From Heterodontus francisci (Eukaryota), in NCBI RefSeq assembly GCF_036365525.1, contig NC_090376.1:83520686-83584685 (forward strand): a stretch of DNA of 64,000 nt, given 5' to 3'. The position numbers and the translations under genes were made by a program. Shown here one piece after another: positions 37,845 to 48,759 of the stretch (positions are counted from its first letter, which is position 1; each line of letters begins with the position of its first letter). Below the pieces are notes generated by a model. The model was not told the origin of the DNA. It searched no databases and saw nothing but the letters and a program-made list of their open reading frames with translations.

Positions 37845-38322
37845 GGAAAACAAGTAAAACAAGGAGACCTCCCTGCAGGCTTGTGGAGGGGCCTCCTCCT
37901 TGGGCAATCTGTGGCCCAAATAGGGCCCCCGCCTGGAAATAGCCCACCTACGTTAACCCCTCTCCCCTGCTCTCAATTCCCATCCTTTACCCCGCCCTCG
38001 ATGGGGCCTGCCGGTCTGGCCCCGGTGATCCCACCTCACTTACCTTGGGTCCAGGCCTGGATGCAAGGCGTCTTGAAGTATCGGCAGTGGCCACCATTCC
38101 CAGTGGCGCTGCTGATACTACACAGCTGCGGCCTTCTGATTGGCCAGCAGCTCCTGGAGGCAGGATCCCTGTCTTTAAAGGGACGGAGACCCCGGCACCA
38201 GGCACATAAGTGTCTTTGCGCCGTTAGATCGCACCGGGTAGGCTCTGCAGGGCTGAAGTGGGGCTCCCCTTGCCTTTTTGGCCCAGCACCAGGAGCCTCG
38301 CGGCGTGATAAAATCTAAACCC
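37845..38322. mobile_element. Harbinger-like MITE fragment
   Basis: Related to the interior of 7483-8043 (cagtggccacc..cccagtggcgctgctg). End reads gataaaatctaaacccc. Confidence 0.55.
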
Positions 38323-38548
38323 CATTGTGCAAGAATGTCCTTTTTCTCTCATATCCCGTAAGACTCTGGCTTTGGTCCTCTGATAATGGCAGATATGATA
38401 TTGTCTGACCTCTCAAATATCACTCAAATATCAGAAATAAGAGCAGAGGGTAGACCACATGGCCCTCAAAACAGCTCCACCATTTAATACGATCATGGCT
38501 GATCTTTGACCTCAGCTCCACCTTTCTGCCCAACCTCCATATTCCTTG

Positions 38549-38646
38549 TTCCGAAGAAGGGTCACTGACCCGAAACGTTAACTCTGCTTCTCTTTCCACA
38601 GATGCTGCCAGACCTGCTGAGTGGTTCCAGCATTTCTTGGTTTTCA
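38549..38646 (+). mobile_element. 98-bp Penelope pLTR mini-insertion beginning at the hammerhead-like motif
   Basis: 14-bp TSD ctccatattccttg (38535-38548, 38647-38660). Starts ttccgaagaagggtcactgacccgaaacgtta. Confidence 0.85.
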
Positions 38647-39372
38647 CTCCATATTCCTTGATTCCCTTGGAGTCCAAAAATCTATTTGTCTCAGCCTTGA
38701 ATATACTCAACAACTGAGCATCCACAGCCCTCTGGCATACAGAATTCCAAAGACTCACAATCCTAATTTCAGTCCTAAGTGACCATATCATGCTTCCTAG
38801 TTCTAGACTCTCCAGACAGGGGAAACAGCCTCTCAGCATCCACCCTGACAAACGCTCTCAGAATTTTGTATGTTTCAATGAGATCACCTCTCATTCTTCT
38901 AAATTCCAGAAAGTATAGGCCCATTCTACTCAATCTTTCCTCCAAGTACAGCCCCTCATCCCAGGAATTAATCTAGTGAACCTTCATTGCACCACCTCTA
39001 AGGCACGTATATTCTTCCTTTGGTACGGAGACCAAACTGTACATAGTACTCCAGGTGTAGTCTCACCAAGGCCTCCTACAATAGCAGCAGTGATCCTAAC
39101 TCTTGTATTCCAACCTCCTTGTAATAAAGGCCAACATATCATTTGCCTTCATAATTGCTTGCTGTACCTGCATGTTAATTTTCTGTGTTTCTTGCAAAAG
39201 GACACCTAAATTCCTCTGGACACCAACATTTAATACTTTCTCACCATTTAAAATATGTTCTGTTTATCTGTCCTTCCTACCAAAGTGAATAACATACTTC
39301 CACACATTATACTCCATCTGCCACTTTTTTGCCCACTCACTTAACCTGTTTATATCTATTTGTAGACTCTCT

Positions 39373-39579
39373 GGGGGAGAAATTTGTTCACATAGTGTTG
39401 CTTCTAGCAGCACTACACAGACTTACCTCGATTCACCAGGCCAAGCAGCTTCAATATTACGAAAGAACACTGTGCGGGCCACACAGGTAGAGGCCTGCAG
39501 CCGTGCCGGCACACAGGAAATCAACGCAAGTCTGCATAGGGCCATTAGAAGCAGTGCTGCACGAACAAATTTCTCCCCC
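39373..39579. mobile_element. 207-bp MITE
   Basis: Perfect 17-bp TIR gggggagaaatttgttc / gaacaaatttctccccc. Confidence 0.85.
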
Positions 39580-40107
39580 TTTGTCTCCAGCTCATAGCTT
39601 GCTGTCCCACCTAGCTTTGTATCATGAGAAAATTTGGATACATTGCACTCAGTCCCTTCATCTAAGTTATTAATATAAATTGTAGCTTTCCAGTGCCAAT
39701 GACATTGCCAGGTGTGTTGTTCCAAACAGGTTTATTCCTGCCCTGTGGGAAAGCTGTGCAGTGCATATTTTAGGGAATTGAAGGAGCATTAGTTTTCCTT
39801 ATTGTCTACTATTTATTTGAGTGCAACCTCCTGGCAAGTCAAAATCATATATGTTCCTCTCTATTATTTAATAACAGAGCATGATAAACTGACTAAACTC
39901 AGAAGGGAGTGGGGCACGTAGCCAAAGGAGCTCATACTCACACACCAAAACAATTCAATGGAAGGTAATATATTCTTTTGAAAGTCATTAGAAATTGTGA
40001 CCTTTAATATTTCAGTAAATCTACAATGATAAATTTATTTTTTTCCCTAATCAGTTTAATAATGACAAGTATATGTTAATACAGGCTAACTCTTTATTTG
40101 AACTTAC

Positions 40108-40272
40108 CTGACCAGGCCTTGCTCTAAAGTTTTCTTTCACCATTCGTATCTCTATCACATCACAGGGATGAGAATTCACAGAGACAATGGTGACTGGTTT
40201 GTTGCTCCGAATGTATCTGTACAGCCTTTCTGCACAATAAAGACATAGAGGTCCAGACACCCAAAGCCATGT
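40108..40272 (-). CDS. NOX4: NADPH oxidase 4 exon (equivalent of human exon 10; TM6 and start of the FAD-binding domain)
   Basis: Acceptor ccttttaag, TWLWVSGPLCLYCAERLYRYIRSNKPVTIVSVNSHPCDVIEIRMVKENFRARPGQ, donor gtaagt. 165 bp, phase 0/0, near-identical to vertebrate NOX4. Confidence 0.97.
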
Positions 40273-40938
40273 CTTAAAAGGAAAGAAAAAAATTTCTGTT
40301 AGAAAATGACAGATCTCTATTCTAAATAGAATCTGTTTTTATGTCAAACTGGTGAAACTGATTATTGCTTAAAATATTCCACACATTTGCTTCATGAAGA
40401 ACAATTAAGCCACATAGGAAGGATGGTTCCTCTCATAATTCTAGTATTAGTTTGAGCTACAAAATCTACAACACTTCTGCAACAAATGGATAGTTATGAC
40501 CCTCAGGAGAAATCTGAGCAAGGTTGAAGACTGGACATACAGTAAAAGGAAAGTACCTAAACTTCAATTTTTAACAGCACAACGGTGATATTATTCTTCA
40601 GGCCCTCAAAAATTAACGATTAGGTCTTTTTGCTACTATGACAGTCCAATAAGTGCCCTTTTTGCTCTCTCTAGAAGCAAGAAATTTAAAAAACGCAAGT
40701 CTGCACTAGAAGCATTGCTGCACAAACAAATTTCTCCCCCTTTGTCTCCAGCTCATAGCTTGCTGTCCCAACACAACACGACAATCAACATAGCCAACTG
40801 AATGTTCACCAGAGGAAGTCTTGATCAAGCTGTGCATTCTGAGCACTACAGTTCATTCTAGATGGCCATTACTGTGTCATCGGGCATACCACCATGTTTC
40901 CTCTACCGCCCCATGCACTGCATGGAAAGCTGTGAACT

Positions 40939-41618
40939 TATTTATTTATTTAGAGATACAGCACTGAAACAGGCCCTTCGGCCCACCAAGTCGGTGCCAA
41001 CCAACAACCACCCATTTATACTAATCCTACAGTAATCCCATATTCCCTACCACATCCCCACCATTCTCCTACCACCTACCTACACTAGGGGCAATTTACA
41101 ATGGCCAATTTACCTATCAACCTAGGGCGGCACAGTGGCGCAGTGGTTAGCACCGCAGCCTCACAGCTCCAGGGACCCGGGTTCGATTCCGGGTACTGCC
41201 TGTGTGGAGTTTGCAAGTTCTCCCTGTGTCTGCGTGGGTTTTCTCCGGGTGCTCCGGTTTCCTCCCACAAGCCAAAAGACTTGCAGGTTGATAGGTAAAT
41301 TGGCCATTATAAATTGTCACTAGTATAGGTAGGTGGTAGGGAAATATAGGGACAGGTGGGGATGTTTGGTAGGAATATGGGATTAGCGTAGGATTAGTAT
41401 AAATGGGTGGCTGATGTTCGGCACAGACTTGGTGGGCCGAAGGGCCTGTTTCAGTGCTGTATCTCTAATCTAATCTAATCTAAGTCTTTGGCTCTGGGAG
41501 GAAACAGGAGTACCCGGCAGAAACCCACGCAGTCACAGGGAGAACTTGCAAACTCCGCACAGGCAGTACCCAGAACTGAACCCAGGTCGCTGGAGCGGTG
41601 CTAACCACTGCACCACCC
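40939..41618 (-). mobile_element. HE1-like SINE (host copy)
   Basis: 6-bp TSD tgaact (40933-40938, 41619-41624); interrupted at ~41124. Confidence 0.85.
41125..41482 (+). mobile_element. HE1-like SINE nested in the opposite orientation
   Basis: Full head gggcggcacagtggcgcagtggttagc and a (ctaat)n tail. Confidence 0.9.
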
Positions 41619-42848
41619 TGAACTGTGCATCCCTTTTGCTTTGTGACTGGAACCCCCTTGCACCAGTTACAGCTCCATATGTTGCATGGTAGAGCATGTT
41701 TCCACCAATTTCTGCCTCTTTTGACCTGGATGACATGACTGTTTCAGTTCCATGACTGTTAAATTTTTGACTTGTCACTTGTGCAACTCAGTATCCCAGA
41801 TACTCACTATAAATTTGGGTATGTTGTAGCCAACTATTCTGTTTGGGGGCATCAAAATAGTTCAAGTAAGCAGATTGAGTATTTACCTTTATGGGAGTTG
41901 ACTCTTACTGCCCTATATCTACTTGTCTAATAGTGTGACGTGGTGGGGTCTAACAATAAAACCTGCTTGTGATTTAGACTAGATTTCTGACTTGGGTATG
42001 TGCATTTCTTCACTCTTTTTGAAGATGAACTGAATTAACCCTGGGAGATGAGCTTGATTCATATTACTAAACAACTTTATTTTGAAGTGGAGCAACAGAA
42101 TAACCCTAATGATCAGAGTCACTTGGGTTTAATCCATACCAATGTATCTTCATATAATGACACAAAAAGAAACTAACCTAACTGCAATGCTACCCCACTG
42201 TGATAGATCATCACACTTAAATAAAATAACCCCTCTGCATTCTGTCCGACAGTGTAAGATAGAACCTGCTCACCTCCCATCTTTTGCTGACTTTTGCTTT
42301 GTGCCTATCTGTGTTAGGGTCATATTTCTGAAAACCCTTCCGCCTTTTTGATGTCTGTGTCTGTCTGCTTAAACCCCACTTCACAAACAGACAGAAATCA
42401 TAGCGTTTTCCAACACAATGGGTGAGATAGGTTTTCCGAATTACCTAGACATACTAGCATTTATTGTTTAGTCAATGGAAAAAACAACTGCCACGCAGTA
42501 TATTAATCATCCCTTCTCTGACTGCCCATGAGAATATACTTTGCTTTTAAAAACCTAACATGAAAAAAACTATTTTTCCAAATCCTTTGTGGGGAGAAAT
42601 GATCACAAAATCCAGAAAGGTTACAGGAAAATATCTAATAGAAGGGTTATCTAATTAGAGTGATCTCCATCACGCATGGATATGTCTATTCGCTGTGTCT
42701 CATACCCAGGACTGTTCAGTTCCTGTATACTCCTGGTTCCTCCTCATATTCGATGAAATAGTGCAATTCATCCTCTTCAGAAGTTTGAGTGAGCCTTGCT
42801 TGAATTCAAGCCGAAGACATTCTGACACTAAGGCTGAATTTTGACACT

Positions 42849-44207
42849 AAAATAAAAGCAAAATACTGCAGATGCTGGAAATCTGAAATAAAAACAGAAA
42901 ATGCTGGAAATACTCAACAGGTTTGGCAGCATCAGTGGAGAGAGAAGCAGAGTTAACGTTTCAGGTCTGTGATCTTTCATCGGAACTGGCAAAGTTTAGA
43001 AATGTAATAGGTTTTAAGCAAGTGAAGCAGGGGTCAGGGGGGAAGAGAACAAAAGGGAAGGTGTGTGATAGGATAGAGCGCAGGGGAGATTAAATGACAA
43101 AGATGTCATGGGACAAAGGCAAAGGGAGTGATAATGGTGTGGTGAAAGGCAGAGCATTAGTCCAGACAGAGTGTTAATGACAGAATAATGAACAGCTCTG
43201 TCCAAAAGCACAAACATGAAAAACCAAGTTTAAGGCAGGCACATGGTTAAAAAATAAAATAAAATAAAAAGGCCAATCATGCTCTGAAATTATTGAACTC
43301 AATGTTGACAATGGAAGGCTGTAGAGTGCCAAATCGGAAAATGAGGTGCTGTTCCTCAAGCTTGCGTTGATGTTCGCTGGAACACACAGCAGGCCAATGA
43401 CAGAGATGCAGGTGTAAGAGGAGGGTGCCGAATTGAAATGGCAAGCAACCGAAAGCTTGGGATCATGCTTGTGGACTGAGTTCCGCAAAGTGGTCACCCA
43501 ATCTGCGTTTGGTCTCCCCATTGTAGAGGAGACCACATTGTGAGCAGCGAAGACAATACACTAAATTGAAAGAAGTACAAGTGCTTCACCTGGAAGGAGT
43601 GTTTGGGGCCTTGGATGATGAGGGGAGAAAAGGTAAAAGGGCAGGTATTACACCTCTTGTGATTGCATGGGAAGGTGCTGTGGGAAGGGGACGAGGTGTC
43701 GGGGATAATGGAGGAGTTGACTAGCATATCATGGAGGGAACGATCCCTTCAGAATGCTGACATAGGAGGGAAAGATGCATTTGGTGGTGGCATCACACTG
43801 GAGGTGGCAGAAGTGACAGAGGATGAACCTTTGGATGTGTAGGTTGGTGGGGGTGGAATCTGAGGACAAGGGGAACCCTGTCGCGATTCTAGGAGGGAGG
43901 GGAATGGGGAGGGGAAAATTGTGGGAAATGGGTCGGGCATGGTTGAGGGCCCAGTCAACCACAGTCAGGGGGACTCCTCAGTTGAGGAAAAAGGAAGACA
44001 TATCGGAAGTGCTGTTGTGGAAGGTTGCATCATCAGAACAGATCCATCGGAGACGGAAAAACTGGGAGAATGGAATGGAGTCCTTACAGGAAGCAGGGTG
44101 TGTGGAAGTGTAGTCAAGGTAGCTGTGGGAGTCGGTGGCTTATAATGAATATTAGTTGACAGCCTATCCCCAGAGATGAAGACAGAGACATCGAGGAAGG
44201 GAATAGG
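42849..44207 (-). mobile_element. Penelope-like element (RT C-terminus, Cys linker, GIY-YIG, pLTR), 5'-truncated
   Basis: IPFLDVSVFISGDRLSTNIHYKP, FPCNHKRCNTCP, CSQCGLLYNGETKRRLGDHFAE, VACHFN. The terminus carries ccgatgaaagatcacagacctgaaacgtta. Confidence 0.88.
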
Positions 44208-44639
44208 TAATGTCACCCTCTCCTTCTCCATATACCGGAGCAGCACACACTAATCGCAGTGGGACTGCCGACCAACCCTTCCCTTTGGCCACTCTGATTG
44301 GCCCTCATGCATCCAGTGTTCACCTGCCATCCTTAATTGCATGGTGAACACGGAGATGGCCTGTTAACTGGCTGCTACCCGTAAGCTCACGTCGGAGTAC
44401 ACACTGCCAACATAAGCGGGGTCAGGACCCGGAAATGGTCCCAAAGTGTGTAAGTATTTTAAGTGGAGAAAATTCCGGCCTAAGTTTCTGAAGGTAAATA
44501 CTTATGGCTTGCCTTTGGACAACTGCACGATTTAAGAACAGATGTTAAGTCAGGGAAAACTTTCTTAAACGCTGTTTTGAGGCTTGTAGTGGTTTGGGCA
44601 GATATTAGATCAACATTCCAGATTTGATTAGCTAGGTGG

Positions 44640-46720
44640 AAGAAGGAATATTACAAAGAATTACATAGAATATTCAGCACACTCAACTTGAGCTTCCTCC
44701 CATCCTTCCTCATCTAACTCTGTTATCATAACACACTATTTCCTTCACCCTTACATGCTATCGAGTTTCCGCTTAACTGTATCTATACTATTCAGTTCAA
44801 CTGCTACCTGTGGGAGTGAGTTCCAAGTCTGACCACTCTCTGACTAAAGAATTTTCTTCTGCATTCCCTATCTGATTTCTTAGTAACTATCTTATATTGA
44901 TGGTCTCGGGTAGGTCAAGACATTGACAGGGCCGCCCGCCGCACGGCTAATTGCGGCTGCGGCAGGAAGAGGCCCTTAATTGGGGGTTAGTTACCCAGTT
45001 AAGGGCCTCAATTGGCAGCAGTGCAGGATTTTTGTGGACTTGGGATGGTGGTGGAAACTCCTGCCTGCCACCATCCCACTTAATTTTATGCTCTCCCCAC
45101 CTCCAAACTCGCAACAGGGGACAGCATAAAATTCCCCCCTTTCCCTTTTGAAATCCATGTAGATTATTCATTATTATATTTTTGGTTACTAGAGGTTTTT
45201 TCTATTTTTTTCCTTTAGTAGGGATTCCATTATTTTTTCTACTGCCAATATTAAGCTGATTGGCCTATAGCTCCCTAGACATGTTCCGACTCACTTCTTA
45301 AGTATACGTATAACGTTAGCTGTCTGCCTGTTCTCTGGTATGACATCTTTTTCTAGTTGATTATTAAATATGTGTAATTGTAGCTCTGCTGTCTCTTCCC
45401 TAGCTACTTTTAGAATACGTGGGTTTCATCCTCTTTGAACTTAATTAGTTTATTCAATGTAGTTCCTTTTATTTTAAATACGGTTACATCATTTCTAATC
45501 TCATTTTATGATGTCTTGTCAATTTAATCCGTGTCTCTGGTAAATAGTGAAACAAAATAATTATTTAATGTTCCTACCATTTTGTTATTGCTGCCTGTGA
45601 TTTTATCCTGACCATCCCTTACTGGCCAAATTCCCAATCCAACTTTCCTTTTTTAATTTATGTGCCTCTAAAATACTTGACCACTTTGTTTTATGTTCCT
45701 TGATAATTTAATTTAATAGTTCCTTTTTGCCATCCTAATTGTTTTTTTGACTTCTCTCCTAGTTTCTTTGTATTCTCCCTGGCCTGACTCTCTCCTCTGC
45801 AGTCCAAATATTTAGTGTATGTCCCGTCCCTTACTTTCAATTTTTTTCTCATGTCATTGTTCATCCATGGTGTCATTAATGTTTATTTGGTTTTTGGTTT
45901 TTCGCAGAATATATCTTCCTGGGCTCCATTGAACACCATTTTAATTGTTTCCCAATGCTGTTCTACATCATTGTTAGCCAATATTGTTGTCCATTTTGTT
46001 TTCCCCAAGTTTGATTCTCAGCCCCTCAAAATCAGCTTTTCTTCTGTTCTCCTAATTATTATCCTAAACCCTCTTATAATTATTCCCTAGATGTTCCCTT
46101 ACTTTTACTTCTCTTATCTGCTCTGGTTCATTCCCCATTTACAGATCCAGTAGCAAATCCTCTCTTTTTGGGCTTCTTAGTTATTGGATTAGAAAGGAGT
46201 CCTGTGCACATTGTAGGAACCCCATTCCCCTTATCCCCTTTACCTACTTTTCAGGCCAATTAATTCCAGGATAGTTGAAATCACCCATGATTATTATTCT
46301 ATGTTTGTTACTCATTTCCTTAATTGTTTGCATTTTTCTTCCTCCACTTCCCTTCCAGTATTAGGTGGTCTGAGAACTATGCCTATTAGTGTGCGTGATC
46401 ATTTGTTGCCTCTTATCTCTATCCACATGGCTTCAATTTCTGTCTTACAGATGGCTTTTATGGTAACTCTAATAAGTACAGCCACTCCATCTCCTCTTTT
46501 TCCCACCCTTTTTTCTAAATGTGTTACCCCTTCAATGTTTAATTTGCAGTCCTGATGTTTCTGTAGCCAAGTCTCAGTAATCTTGACTATATTTGGTTCT
46601 TTTCCTCTTGTTCCTGTTTTATTACAAACACTGCATACATTGCTGTGCAGACAGCTCAACTCATAGCAGTTCCTCTCATTTTATTTTTAACTATCTTTTT
46701 ATACACCTGTTCTGTAATTC
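44640..46720 (-). mobile_element. Highly degraded CR1 fragments with a Harbinger-like MITE piece (~44905-45140)
   Basis: VKITETWLQ...GDGVAVLI...EAMWIEIR and TPWMNNDMRKKLK. Confidence 0.65.
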
Positions 46721-47146
46721 TAGTTATTTCCTGGTCATTTATGTCCAACCTTAGTTTAGTCTGTCCAATGCTCTAATTTCCTGTTCCATTTATACTTAAG
46801 CTTGCTTCATTTCTTGTAGATCACTCCCTCACCCCTCATATTACTATTTTAAAGCCTTTGTGACCTCCCTATTTATATTTTTTCCATATATGGAATATGG
46901 CAACAAGGTAGATAAATGTAATTAGGTCTATTTGCTTGCATGGAGGCTAAACACCAACACAGACTGGTTGGGATGAAAGGCCTGTTTCTGTGCTGTAAAT
47001 ACTACAATGACTAGTACCCAAATACCTGTTTTTGCAGTAAATGAAGATCTCTGTGCAAAAGAAGAGAAATTTCATGATACACTCTGAGGTAATGAACTGA
47101 AAACCAAAATACAAGTTGTAAAGATCTGGACCCTTTTTATTGATAG

Positions 47147-48179
47147 TGTTACGACCGAGGTGGGAGGAGTGCACTGTTAATTCAGTCCACTTCTCCACAG
47201 GTCACAGCATATCAATACATTTTCCCACTTACCAAAACAGCCAATGAGATACTCTATTTGTCCCCAGAATAAAGCACACTAACCAGGTTTCTTTAATAAA
47301 CAACAAAATTATCCGTTTATTATAAATCATGTATTAATCAATAATGAAGAAAATATATACTCAAATTGAAACATTAAAGCCCCATATTTTTTATATCCAA
47401 GCCCTTATACACACTCACATACATACAAAAACTGGTTAACTGGGAAAAAAGGGATTTTGTTTACAACTGTTACAAAGGAACAGAAGGAATAAAAAAAAAC
47501 TTTTACTGAAGAGAAGAGATGGAAGTTTTTTGTTCTGGCGAGGTGTCCCAAAGTCGAATAGTTGGCTGCCATTCGGAACTTTTCCAGGCAAGGTTGATGG
47601 ACAGTCTGTTTGGGTAGGTGTTCAATGAAATTCAACTGCAGAAGGCTTCACATAGGTCTTCCATCAGGTCTGCATCAACAGAAGTCCTTTTTAAAAATAC
47701 AAGGTTTCTGCAAGCATTCAGGATGTCTTCAAAATCACAGGAGGCAACAGTACAACTTCATACAAGCTTTTTCTTTTCAAGAGCAGGGATTCTTCAAAGA
47801 GAGGTAATCGCTTTCTTCTGAACTCCTGGCAGGTCCATCTCAAATTCCAATTGCCTGCTTTAGTCCAAACCCAATGGCTTTTAACAGTTCAAAATGAAAC
47901 TACTTTTCCAAGCAAGTCTCATGCTAATCATAAATTCTCTCTTATCACAACAAAGCATAGCTCTTAAGTCAACCCCTCTGTGGTGCTTACTTGATATCAT
48001 CTGTTTTCCAGTATTTGTTTACTGGTCAAAAACAGGAACCTCTTGTTGACCTTCCTCTTTTTAAAAAAAAAAGTATCCATAAAGTTCAGCCATCTCCAGA
48101 TTTTCCAATGCCCATGAATTTTTCTTTTTAAATATAGATTCCCAAATTTTACCACAAAAAAAATGGAAATTCCGTAACA
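47147..48179 (-). mobile_element. Solo LTR
   Basis: tgttacg...cgtaaca termini with 4-bp TSD atag. Confidence 0.8.
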
Positions 48180-48759
48180 ATAGTAATCAATGGAGTTAAG
48201 CTGATCATTACCAACAGCTAACCTGAACTAGAATTGACAGGATAATTAGAGCAGCTGCCAATTTTACCTTTTATTGACTTCAATCCATTCCGTTGATCCA
48301 GTCCTGTCAGTTTCCTGCTAGGTGGGCTTCCGTTAAAATAGCCCCCACTGGCTTTTAGGCTCGTCCAATTTTGTGAAATACTAAATGATCCTTTGCAGGT
48401 CCTGCAATCCCCCTTGCAGACCTTTTAGTTATTAATAATGTTGGGAGGGAATTCCTGCATGTTAAACGTACTTTTGTTACACAGCAGCTAATCATGGTTT
48501 TTACTACAGTGGTTGAAGTTTTCAAATTTGCACTTAATCATGTTTTCTCCTTCCTAATTGTTTACTTATGCTTTAGTTATTTACCATAATAACAAAAACC
48601 ATTCTCTCCCATCTCTCTCCTAAAATTTCTACCTAACTACATTGCAGCAAAAACTAACCGTCTGAATTAATGCCGGCATTACATTTCCCAATCAATCCCA
48701 GACTGAAGTTAGATAATAAAATTCACATATTTAAACTGATACTAAAGTGAGTAGATTAT

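Larger units (their letters stand above)
38425..39690 (-). mobile_element. CR1 LINE RT/3' fragment with nested PLE and MITE
   Basis: IYINNLDEGTECNVSKFSHDTKLGG and WNS...RAVDAQLLSIFKAETNRFLD. Confidence 0.85.
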
